Assembly (NCBI RefSeq): GCF_026210795.1
Contig: NC_089429.1
Span: forward strand, 2,666,001-2,730,000
Source of the DNA: Rhizophagus irregularis
Lineage: Eukaryota
Direction of reading: 5' to 3'
Length of the DNA: 64,000 nucleotides
Shown here: positions 52,346 to 64,000 of the stretch, piece after piece
How positions within the stretch are numbered: the first letter of the stretch is position 1
How the letters are laid out: the number at the start of each line of letters is the position of its first letter
Notes under the pieces: model-generated
Databases searched by the model: none
What the model saw: the letters and a program-made list of their open reading frames with translations, nothing else
Told to the model about the DNA's origin: nothing
Program-made: the position numbers and the translations under genes

Positions 52346-52779
52346 GATAATACTGATCAGTTTAATTTTTTGTTTAAAAAAATGTCTTTTCAATTAAGCA
52401 ATATGAATAAAAATAAATCGTTTATAACTTACTATATATATATTATATATTTAACTATGGTTATTTAAAAATTTTTATATGTTCTGGTGAATCTGGTCAT
52501 TGTCTATTACTGAAATATACATTTATATTAACTTTTGATTTATAATTATGTATATATTATTATCTAACTTAGATAAACTTAATTAATTTGTTGGATTCTA
52601 TGTAGAAATACAATGCAACTTATTAGAATACTTACCTTTTGGAAGTATTAACTGATGTTTTTCCTATTTTTTTTTTTACTTAATTAGATGGCAAAAACTT
52701 GTTTTGATCCAAAGTTGTTGAAGTCTTATTAGGATAGAAATTGAATTTATTTTTGTATTACAGGAAGTCAGAAATTTAC

Positions 52780-53007
52780 CAGGACCCTGCCTACTATTAA
52801 GATAAGTCACCCTGTGGCCTAAGGTAAAGTTTACATATAAATCTCTTTAAAGATCCTACTATAAAAAAAAAATTTTATATTACATTGTTATAATTTTTTT
52901 TCTTTTTAGTTAATTAACCAATAGAATTTAAGCAAATCTTAAAGTAAAGTTTCATATGAAAGTGAAATTTCTACTGGTAACATATCTTAGTAATAAGTGG
53001 AGTCCTA
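52780..53007. mobile_element. Diverged CAGG family 2 MITE
   Basis: Homologous to 50619-50845; no TSD found. Confidence 0.75.
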
Positions 53008-53501
53008 GCAATACAAGTAGTTATATTTATATTTAGCCAAAATGGATCCAAAAAAACTCAGCCTTACTGGAGTAAAGAAGCCTGTATTAGTCAAAAGTTC
53101 CAGAAATCATATAAAGTGTGTTTCTTCTGAACTCTTAGTGCTTCACTTTCAAAACATACATAAAGCATGTTTTTTCAGCTTACCTATTTCCAAAAAATAC
53201 ACAAAGCATGTTTCTTCAACTTTAAATTAACTGTCCACTTACCAAACATACAAAATGTTTTTCAGCTTCTTGGTATTTATTCATTTAACAAATATACAAG
53301 ATGTTTCTTAACTTTTTAGCAAAAATTTGTTTTGATCTAAGGTTATAGATACAAGCAAAAAATCAAAAAAAAAATATCTTGATTTTTTTATGAAAAATGA
53401 AAAAATCTTTTTTGTAAAAAAATGAAAAGTATAGGATTACATTCTTACATAATATATAGTTTTTTAACACATTAAAATCTTACATCACTGTTTACTGAGC
53501 T

Positions 53502-54259
53502 TTTACTGATTAATCAAAATAATCATTGAACTAGCCAGTATCACAGGTCGAAAAGTAAAAAATCAGGCATCAATCAGTTACCAATAAGGCAGTTTGCTAA
53601 CTTTTGATCCAGTGATCAGAAAAGAATGAAATATAGCTTATTGGAATTGTCTCAATAAGACAAATCTAATGGTAGTAAAATTGCATTTCTAGAATTAATA
53701 GTTAATAAAAAATTAAATAAAATATAAATGATATATTTTTATTTTTATATTTTACTTAATTTCTCATCAAATATTAATCCTAGAAATGAGATTTTACTAC
53801 TATTAGATTCATCTTGTTGAGACAATTCCAATGAGCTATATTTCATTCTTTTCTGATTACTGGATCAAAAGTTAGCAAATTGCCTAATTGATAATGGTAT
53901 TTAAAGAACTCCAGATGTTACATATACAACTCAGAGGGTAACTTTTTCACAGATTGACCTAAATTTCACAAAAAAAAATCAGTTTTTTGTGGTTATCTCA
54001 ACATCCAGTAGTCCAATTTGTACAAACTTTTTTTTGTTTTGTAGCTTTCATCAAACTCTACAAAATAAAAAAATCTGTACAAATCAGATCACTGGATACC
54101 GAGATAATCGCAAAAAATGGAAAATAAAAAAAAGAGCAAATTGGGTCATTTTTGGCAAAGTCAGTTGTAAGTTCTATAAAAAATGTCTGAGATCCTGTAT
54201 TTGGTAAAAATGCCAATTGGTGACTGATTGATAACTGATTTTTCACTTTTCAACTTGTG
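53502..54259. mobile_element. CACAGG MITE with a nested CAGG-like MITE (53904-54197)
   Basis: Homologous to 8644-9180; the insert ends GAGATCCTG with TSD TATTTA/TATTTG. Confidence 0.85.
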
Positions 54260-54600
54260 TTTTATAGCGAGTACCTACCATAGCATAGCAAATCCTAATC
54301 ATAGCAAAAAAAAGTGGTAGTTACATAATTGCATTTTATTTATCACATTATCACATCTCATTTTAGTTTTACTATTTATATTTATCTGAGAAACAGTTTT
54401 TTTCAAGTAGGTAAAAACTTATTATCATTTCTTATTTATCACTATTTATTTTCACATATTAGTACATAATTCTGTAATGCAGGCTAAAAGTTATGTAACT
54501 GCCACTTTTTTTTCGTCATGGCTGAAATACTAGTAATACAATTGGTGATGTGATTATCTGATATTTATTGCACATAAAAAAATAATAATAAATGAATATA

Positions 54601-55856
54601 CAGTCAACTCTCTTTATAGTCACATATTTGGGACAGTCCATATTTGGTGATTATGAGCAAACAGTCTTACGACTTTATCTTTTATTATTAAATTTAAACG
54701 AAAAGTACAATAAACAGATCGAACAATATTACAAATATCAAATATAGAAAATAAACATAAAAAATAAAAAGAACTAGCTTCACAATTCATACAAGTAAAG
54801 AAATCTAAACAAAATAAAATTAAGTAAAGAAAAACTAAACTATTACAGAAACGCATACCCCATCTTTACCCGAAGGCCAGTGTGAGTCAACTATCCAGCA
54901 TGTCCTAAGATCCAATCCGTTACCAAAAATAAATCCTAAGTAGAGGCTGAACTGTTAAGCGGCGCCAAAAATCCAAATGCGAAATCCAAGATCCTCCACG
55001 GATTATAGAAGAGGAAACCCAAGAAACTCAGGAATCCAAGGAAGCTGTCGCCAAGGAAGGTGTCGAAGAGTCAAGAGGAATGTTAGAGGAAGGTCAAAGA
55101 ATAGAAGAAGGCCCAATATTTGGTGATTATAAAGAGATGTGACTATATAAAAAATTTCTTATATTTGTATATCATAATTCCGGCCAAAAATTAACATAAT
55201 TTTAGTCAGAATTATACTTAAAACTTTATTGTATCGTAACTTCGCCAATATTAATCGTAGAGAGATGATCTTACCGCCATTCGATTCGTCTTGATGAGAC
55301 GGTTCTAATGGTATAAAATACGTCGAAATCCAATCACTAGATTAATTTCCGAAATTAAAAAAATATTAATGGTTTTTGTGTAATAATACTGCCAATATTG
55401 ATCCTAGAAAGACGATTTTACTACCATTCGATTCGTCTTGATGAGATGAATCTAATGGTATATACATCGATATCCAATCACTAGATCAATTTCCAAAATT
55501 AAAAAATATTAAATGGTTTTTAAGTAATAACTCCGTCAATATTGATCACAGAGAAATGAGCTTACTGCTATTCGATTCGTCTCGATGAGACGATTCTAAC
55601 AAGCTATGATACATCTTTGTACGATTATTAGATGGCAAGTTATTTAATATATTCTTTATATAACTGTGATTATAAACGGTTCTTTTTAATATAAGATTTT
55701 TGAAGATAGGTGTGATAGACTGATAGTGACTATAGATAGATTGTGACTATATAGGATAGATTTTAATAATAAAGTGTTTTGTTTTGAACATTCAACTGGT
55801 ATGACTATATAGTAGAATGTGACTATAACGGGAGTGAATATAGAGGGAGTTGACTG
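54601..55856. mobile_element. Tc1-type non-autonomous element with 3 internal dyad units and a LINE insertion
   Basis: TA-CAGTCAACTCTCTTTATAGTCAC...AGAGGGAGTTGACTG-TA; inverted sister copy at 62913-63873. Confidence 0.92.
54655..55115 (-). mobile_element. 5'-truncated LINE (copy C, related but distinct family), 15-bp TSD
   Basis: TSD ATATTTGGTGATTAT (54640-54654, 55116-55130); encodes GGSWISHLDFWRRLTV, similar to the LINE-B C-terminus GLSWFNHISVFMGRLTV; empty site at about 63820-63835. Confidence 0.88.
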
Positions 55857-56535
55857 TAATGACAATATTTATGCAAATAAAGTATTTTAATAAATTTATT
55901 TATTATTTTTTTATTTATTGAATTTGTTATAATGCTATTAAATAAAAAGTAGAGATAGTTTTTGTTGATTGTTTATGAGAACATGTGAAAGTCTCTAGTA
56001 TTCGTAAATAACATTAAAATAAACCATAAATGTTGATCTATTAAGATGAAATATATTGATATTATCTCATGTAAACACCTGCAGAGGGTTGACTAAAAGA
56101 TGTTACTGTTACTGTCTAATGTGAATATGACTTTTGGTAGGATCAAACCTTAAGTCTTATAATAAAACAATTTTGCAATGAGAACTAGGTGTATTATTTC
56201 CATTGACATTGAAATAATGGGTATATTTGTAAACATCAACATCTACTATTAATCCTCTAATAGAAAATGCAACCCAGATACACTGTTCAGGCAGGTTTAC
56301 TTTGGTAACTACTCTAGGATCCCAAAAAATATATATAAAAGTCATATGTAAGTTTGCTTAACTATATTAGTAAAATTTCCAAAAGTTATAAAATTTTATT
56401 TACATAGATTTTGAGATTTTTTAAAAAGTTATATATATGGTTTGCGTAATAACAATCATTTTTATATATGTCATATATTTTAATTTTTAATTTGCATAGT
56501 CAATGGTATTTTTTAATAAAATATATATATATATA

Positions 56536-56715
56536 ATTCCAGTAGTCTTCTACTAATTAGCAGCATAACTCCTTGGAATTCCAGCAATTTTCTACTAATT
56601 AGTAGCATAATACCTTGGAATTCCAGCGATTTTCTACTAATTAGTAGCATAACACCTGGAATTCCAGCAATTTTCTACTAATTAGCAGCATAACGCCTTG
56701 GAATTTCAGCGATTT
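56536..56715. repeat. Minisatellite, ~40-bp unit, about 4.5 copies
   Basis: TTCCAGCAATTTTCTACTAATTAGCAGCATAAC...TGGAA repeated. Confidence 0.9.
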
Positions 56716-57830
56716 TTCAATAAGCAGCATTATGCATAATATAATATGCAAATTTTTGAAAATACATAATTGATGGCTAATCTGATTGATAATAGATAAT
56801 TTTTTTTTCAATTTTTTGACTTTTAACAGATCATTTTATTGAAAGAAAAAAATAAAATAAATTTTTTCAGTCTGTAACAAACCATTTTATTAAAAAATAT
56901 TCAATAAAAAATTTTTTTGGCCTTTACTGTTATATTTTTTTAACAACAGGCCATTTTATTAAAAAAAATTATTTGGTTTAGAATGTTATTAATATTCCTT
57001 TTTATTATTTTTCTTTAAAAGCAACTTCTTAAATCTGAAATTTAGTATTTTAGATACCAATATCTTGGAAAAATATGAATTAAGAGAAGAGTATAGTCAA
57101 TTTTTTTTGGGAATATTACTATACTAATATTCCTTTTACTTTTTTCTTAGAAACTTGGAATTCCAATACTCACTGTAAGTAAAGAATTTTTTAACTTTAT
57201 TTTTTTATTTTAGAAGTATTATTATAAACATTTCTATTGTTTTTTCTATTAAAAATGGTTCTAGATTATAAACTAAACTGAAATTTTTAGTAAGTTGAGA
57301 ATAGGGTGGAATTTTTTTTTATTTTACATGTAAAAGTAGTATTAATATTTTTTTTCTTTAGAAATAGGATCTTCTTTTAAAAATGACTTTATAAATTATA
57401 TTGACTTTTCTTTAACTTTAGAATGTTATCAATATTCTGAATTTTTGTTATAATTTATAAAAAAATAATGAACAATATTTTTGTTTTAGTGTTAATACTT
57501 GAATTATCAAATAATTAAATATAGTAGTATAAATAAATATGTCAGTACAAATTAATTTATGCAATTTGGCATTATGCTAGCAATTGAAAATCAATTATAC
57601 TGGAAGTATATTCTAAATACAACTAATTAAATTAAAAAAAAAGCTATGATTTCATTTTTTTAATATATAAATGTCATAAAAAAAATTTGCTTATTCTAAT
57701 ATAAATTATAAAGTCAGAAGTCAATTTTGCGTATTGATCTTAGTAAAAATATTTGCTTATTTTAAAGCAAAATTTTACCAATTATCTCTGATTTTTATAT
57801 GTATTTTTTGGGGTCCTACTACTCCTATAG

Positions 57831-58556
57831 TAGAGCTCTGAACAGGTCAGCCAAATTCAGGTAACCTGACTTGACCTGACCTGAAATTCAGGTCAGGTAT
57901 GAGATTTTTAAAAAAAATCCAGGTCAGGTATGAAGATTGACCTGACCTAATTGACCTGTTGACCTGAAACTATTGATTCTACTATATAATAAAAGTGAGT
58001 TGCAGTATTGCGATTCACTTTTTTATATTGATTTTATATAATAAAAGTGAGTTGCAGTGTTGCGATTCACTTTTTTATATAGAATCTATATATAAAAGTG
58101 AATCGCAATACCGCAACTCACTTTTTTTTATACAAAATCAATATAAAAATGTTGAATCGCAATATTTCGAAAAAAAATGTTGCGAAAACGTTTTTTCATA
58201 ATATTATATTAAAAAAATGTTTCGTAACATTTTTTTTTGATATTTCAATAATAACGTTGCAAAAACATTTTTTTCATAATGTTATATTAAAAAAACGTTT
58301 TGCAATATTTTTTTCAATATTTTAATAAAAAACGTTGCAAAAACGTTTTTTTTCATAATATTATATTAAAAAAAAAAAGTTTTGTACCGTTTTTATTTCA
58401 ATACTTTAATAAAAATAGTCCTGAAAATTTTCAGGTTTCAGGTCAGGTCAGGTCAAACAGACAACCTGATATGACCTGACCTGACCTGATCTGAAAAAAA
58501 ATTTCAGATCAGGTTTATCAATTAACCTGACCTGACCTGACCCATTCGGAGCTCTA
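57831..58556. mobile_element. hAT-type MITE (family of 51671-52345, inverted)
   Basis: TAGAGCTC...GAGCTCTA; perfect TSD TCCTATAG. Confidence 0.93.
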
Positions 58557-59360
58557 TCCTATAGTACTGTTACACATACCACTTGATAATTAGGGATTAT
58601 TTAGATATCATGCGAGTTTTTGGTTGCAAATAAACAAAATTAGGTTGTTTTTGATTTGAGTATGTGGTGTGAATGTAATGTGAGGGTCCTTGATCAGAAT
58701 TTACAAAATCGGATGTTTGTGATAGTAAGAAATTGTTTGAAGTAACAGGAAGTAAATTACAAATAAAAGAGTTGATTTGTTGGATAGAATTTGTTTCATA
58801 TTTGTGGGAAGATGTTATTTATTCATATTTCTTCTAAAAATCAGTAGAAAGTCATATCATGCTTTATCTCAATCCAAAATTTGTTTAGTTCTTGGTTATC
58901 TACATTTTCTTTGATATAGAAATTTAGGGTTGATTGACTATCAGTGTTTGTGACCATTCTGATAGCTAATTTTACCACCATTAAATTTATATTGATGGAA
59001 GGTATAATGTCAAAATCTAGGCTTGGCATTAATTTAATTGAGGTAGTATTTACCTTAATATTTTGTGTTAAGAGAAAAGAAAAAGAATCTTTTACTAATT
59101 TTATATAAATTAAATATAATAATAAATAATATCAGATACAAAAAAATGGCTTTTTTTTATATAAAATAAAAAAAAAAATAGAAAATGAGGATTACATATG
59201 ATATACCATCTTTCACAACTTACAAATTTCGGCAAACATGACATAGCCTCTTTATCTTTATTAATTTATTAGAAACATTTACAATTAAACAAAATACAAT
59301 AAAAGAAATAATAAAAAAAATAAACTAACTAAAAATAAAGCTATATAGTTAAAGTTGCCG

Positions 59361-61169
59361 TAAGACCCCGCTTATTTATAAGATAGGTCACCCTAGGCCT
59401 AAGGTAAAAATCAGGACCCCACTTACTTATAAAATAGGTCACCCTCAGCCTAAGGTAAAAATCATATATAAAATTCTTTGCAGATCCTACTATAAAAGGA
59501 AATTTTATATTACATTCTTATGATTTTTTTCTTTTCATATGGGCTGATTTGTCTACCTTTAATTAAAATATTGATTTGTTACATTTTTATTATACAAAAT
59601 ACTATATAATATACAGTAAATTGGGGGTGAATATTAAAAACTTTTATTTAATGTTATTATACTTTAAGTTGGTAAATATTTCTTTTAAATTAATATAATT
59701 CTTAGCACTTACTATATATATTAAAAATTTGTATCTCAACTTTAAACGTAGATATCTCCAGATCTAATGATTCAATCGGCAAGCTCTTTTTTCGCTCATA
59801 TAGACCAGATCAAGGGCTTTCCGAAAAGCCTAAATTTATAAAAAACGGATCAGTGGATCCCAAGATATTTGCATTTAAGCATGTTAAAAAGTTTGTATCT
59901 TAACTTTAAACGTAAATATCTCTGGATCTAATGATTCAATCAGCGAGCTCTTTTTTCGCTTATAAAGTCCAGAACAAGGGTTTTCCAACGAGCCTAAAAT
60001 ATAGAAAACGGATCAGTGAATCTTGATATATTTGTGTTTAAAGATGGTAATACAAATTCTGACATAAAATAATTATTTTTATTGTTTGAAAATATCTATT
60101 ATGATATCATCTTTTATATGATATTTTTATTATACTTTTATAAACATTTATTATTTATAGCTACTAAGACTATATAAATTTTTATTTTACTTTATATTTT
60201 ATTAAAATATACTTACTTTTTAATAATATATGTTAAAAATTCCATATATATGAGAAATGGGTTTTTTCACACCTCTTTTACATTTAATAATTTAAGTTTC
60301 GCAAATGTAAATTTTTGTTCAACTTATTATTTAGTCAAGTAATCATCAATTAGATGATTTTTTGGTATTACAAAACAATTTTGAGTAACGAAAATTGTAA
60401 AAATCAATTCAATAACTCTTTTTAATGCAGAGTAGACAATTCAGCCCATATGTTTAGCTAATTAACCAATAGAATTTAAGAAAAAAGTAAGGTAAAAACT
60501 ATTAGTAAAAGGCAAATTTTCTACGGTAACCTTTATTATAAATAAGTGGGGTCCTGTAAAAATCATATATAAAATTCTTTGCAGATCCTACTATAAAAGG
60601 GAGCCCGTTAAAGCGGGGTAGAATCACGTGATTTAAAATTATAATGATTTGATGAATTTTTTATAAACTAAAATTAAAGTGAACTTGAAAATCATTAAAT
60701 AAATGTATTTCGGCCTGCTCCACAAGTTTACTTAAGGAGAAAAAGTGGATTTTGAACAATGTTTTTGACTTTACATATGAGCAACGAATTTTGCTGATCA
60801 TACCCAAAAAGGATAGATCAATTTTAACGAAATTGAAAAAGTTGAATAAATCGAAAATGGTGTTCTAAACCTTATTTTGTGCTCTAAGTAAACTTGTAGA
60901 ACAGGTCAAAATACACTTAATATATATTTATTTGGAAGGTTTTATATATAATAAAGAGTTTTATTTTAAAAAAAAGAAAAATTTCAAAAGTTACGTGATT
61001 CTACCCTGCTTTAACGGTCTCCTATAAAAGGAAATTTTATGTTACATTGTTATGATTTTTTTCCTTTTTAGCTAATTAACCAATAGAATTTAAGAAAAAA
61101 GTAAGGTAAAACTATTAGTAAAAGGCCAATTTTTTACGGTGACCTTTATTATAAGTAAGCGGGGTCCTG
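59361..61169. mobile_element. CAGG family 2 MITE containing three nested elements (59412-60556, 59536-60452, 60600-61022)
   Basis: Outer TSD TTGCCG/CTGCCA; inner same-family copy flanked by TAAAAAT; CATATGGGCTGA TIR element; GGAG-ended element with 8-bp TSD TATAAAAG. Confidence 0.88.
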
Positions 61170-61616
61170 CTGCCACCCAAAATTATTTCCTAATTCTGAA
61201 TAATTTGGCCAGAATTTTGTTTTTGAAACTAATTCTAAAATCCTGAAATCTTTCCAAAACTCCTGAAATTATCTGAAACTTCTGATTATCCTAAGTCTAT
61301 TATAAAATCACATGACTTTATAAATTTGCTAAAATTTTATCTGTATTCTAATTCCATAATTCTGGCTCCATAGAGCATCCTTATCCTGGATCACGGTCCA
61401 GATGCTTATCCTGGACCAGCAAATCTAATTGGATGAGAGTGTTTTATGTAATATTTGTCTTTAAAAAAAAACAATTTGCGTTTTTTAAAAAAAAAGTTAC
61501 AAAATGCCTTTTTTAAAAGCATTTAATACTACCATTTTAAAGTAATATGTTATTTAAATTTTGTATTTTGGTATGCATTTTATTAAACTTTATTAATAAA
61601 TAAGTAAAATTGCATA

Positions 61617-62044
61617 CAGTCGACTCTGGTTATAACGAACCTGTTTGTACCGAAACCTCGCTATACCGAATCATAATTTCCAGAACCGATTTTTTATAAA
61701 TAATTTCACTGGATATAACGAACTTTTATAATAAAACACTATATAACGCATCCGAACCAAACTTAACCAGCCTCTATATATCAGCTATATAATAACTTTA
61801 TACTTTCTATAACGAACGGTCATGTGACTATATAGTAGTCCAGGCCAATTTTATAGTGCTGGCCAGAATTACTAGTAATTTTTTTGAAAATTTATGTTAA
61901 AAGAAATTATAATTTTGGCCAGCATTACAAATTTGGCCTAAATTACCTATAAAGAAAACCAGTTCGGTATATTATATAACGAATTTACTATATACCGAAC
62001 TAAACCTCTTGGAACGGAGGGTTCGTTATATCCAGAGTTGACTG
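61617..62044. mobile_element. Tc1/pogo-type MITE
   Basis: TA-CAGTCGACTCTGGTTATAACGAAC...GTTCGTTATATCCAGAGTTGACTG-TA. Confidence 0.9.
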
Positions 62045-62549
62045 TATATAACTTTATAAAAAAGGTCTTTACATTATTTTTTACTGTAATTTTATTATTA
62101 ACATTATTTTAATGTTATTATCAAAATAAAAGTATAAAGTAATATTAGATTAGCTTTAAAAGTAATGTTAATGTTATAAATATGTAATTTACAACCTTTT
62201 TTAAATAACTTTGCTTAACCTCAAAACTTTTTAAAAAAACACTTGATTTCCAAAATAATATCAATATACTGTATCATAAAACTCTTCAAAAAAAAAAATA
62301 ATAACATTTAGTATTATCATAAAACTACAATAAATACAATTAAAATTAAATATATAAACTGAAATGAAATATGAAATACTAAGTATTAACATACCACAAA
62401 AAAGAATAGAGAAAGAGTGAAAGATAGGAAGAGTGAAAGATAAAATAAATTATACCAGATAAAAGTGCTGATTAGCCAATCAAAAGTTGACTGGTTCAGA
62501 ATAAGTGTCTGGACCAGTAGATTAGGTTAAGGATGACTGGCTCTATAGC

Positions 62550-62814
62550 CAGTGTTGTCATAGGGACGGGACATGTCCATGGACGGGATGGGACAGAACA
62601 GTCCAGGACACGTCCAAAGATTTTAGCAATGTCTAGGACATTTGGGACATTAAAATCACGTGATCTCAAATATAAATTATAACCCATTAGGTGTTGTCTT
62701 GTTAAGACAAATTGTAAACTTGGACAATTTTTGGACGGGACATAGACGGGACATAGATGGGACAATGTCCAGGACATTAAAATTTTGGCATGACATGTCC
62801 CATATACAACACTG
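62550..62814. mobile_element. hAT MITE sharing its terminus with the hAT at 19650-21574
   Basis: CAGTGTTGTCATAGGGAC...TACAACACTG; TSD TCTATAGC/TCCGTAGC. Confidence 0.88.
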
Positions 62815-62912
62815 TCCGTAGCGATCTTCCTAACATGTGTAACTTCGTTTTAAGCCTATGTTCACTTTATGTAATATTAGTGCATAAAGATGCATAATTT
62901 CCTTATATAGTA

Positions 62913-63873
62913 CAGTCAACTCCCTCTATAGTCACTTCCGTTATAGTCACATTCTACTATATAGTCACACCAGTTGAATGTTCAAAACACTTTATTATTA
63001 AAATCTATCCTATATAGTCACAATCTATCTATAGTCACTAACACACCTATCCTCAAAAATCTTATATTAAAAAGAACCGTTTATAATCACAGTTATATAA
63101 AGAATATATTAAATAACTTGGCATCTAATAATCGTACAAAGATGTACCATAGCTTGTTAGAATCGTCTCACTGAGACGAATCGAATGGTGGTAGTTTTAT
63201 CCTTTTACGATCACTGGCTGATGAGTTATTCAACAAAATGTTAAGCATCGGCATTATTATATTCCTTGATTTACGTTTACTGCGCCATTTAACATTTTGC
63301 TAAATATCTCGGTACCTAGTGATTGTAAAAAGACGATTAATAGCTCGTTGGAATCGCCTCATCAAGACGAATCTAATGGTGGTAAGCTCATCTCTCTATG
63401 ATCAATATTGACGGAGTTACTACTTAAAAACTATTTAATATTTTTTAATTTCGGAAATTGATCTAGTGATTGGATTTCGATGTATTTTATACCATTAGAT
63501 TCGTCGCATCAAGACGAATCGAATGGTAGTAAGATCGTCTCTCTAGGATCAATGTTGGCAGAGTTATTACACAAAAACCATTAATATTTTTTTAATTTCG
63601 GAAATTAATCTAGTGATTGGATTTCGATGTATTTTATACCATTAGAACCGTCTCATCAAGACGAATCGAATGGCGGTAAGATCATCTCTCTACGATTAAT
63701 ATTGGAGGAGTTACGATACAATAAAGTTTTAAGTATAATTTTGGCCAAAATTATGTTAATTTTTGGCCGGAATTATGATATACTAATATAAGAAATTTTT
63801 TATATAGTCACATCTCTTTATAATCACCAAATATGGACTGTTCCAAATGTGTGACTATAAAGAGAGTTGACTG
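62913..63873. mobile_element. Tc1-type non-autonomous element with 4 internal dyad units (no LINE)
   Basis: TA-CAGTCAACTCCCTCTATAGTCAC...AGAGAGTTGACTG-TA. Confidence 0.92.
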
Positions 63874-64000
63874 TATATATGTTACATAAAGTAAACATAG
63901 GCTTAAATCGAAGCTACATATGACAGGAAAATCGTTACAGAGCTAGAATTATGGTATTAGAATACAGTTATAATTTTAGTAAAAATTTTAATTTTGGTCA

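Noticed and set aside
54300..54520. Possible further MITE (AAAAGTGGTAGTTACATAA / TTATGTAACTGCCACTTTT)
   Set aside because: The inverted repeat is real, but termini and TSD could not be defined.

Overview
AT-rich eukaryotic DNA with short GT-AG introns. Gene and TE content fit an early-diverging fungus, most likely a Glomeromycotina (Rhizophagus-like) mycorrhizal fungus (inference). Three zones. (1) About 1-29 kb is a nested TE field. Two decayed copies of one LINE family (RRM/Zn-knuckle ORF1; APE-RT-RNase H ORF2) sit head-to-head, inserted at mirror-image positions 30-31 bp inside the two TIRs of a single 300-bp MITE. They are followed by a transposase remnant, a CACTA-like element carrying an intron/micro-exon tandem array, a hAT remnant, and a P-superfamily element whose transposase has a tandem Tudor-like insert in its catalytic core. 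(2) About 29.5-46.5 kb is a gene island: Fic pseudogene, Ca2+/H+ exchanger, COQ1, double-AAA ATPase, intronless ABCB (STE6-like) transporter and an extended Pil1/Lsp1 protein. (3) About 47-64 kb is a field of hAT, Tc1 and CAGG/6-bp-TSD MITEs, including a third LINE inserted just inside a MITE TIR and a second micro-exon array. Coordinates were read by eye and may be off by a few bases; no database searches were run.
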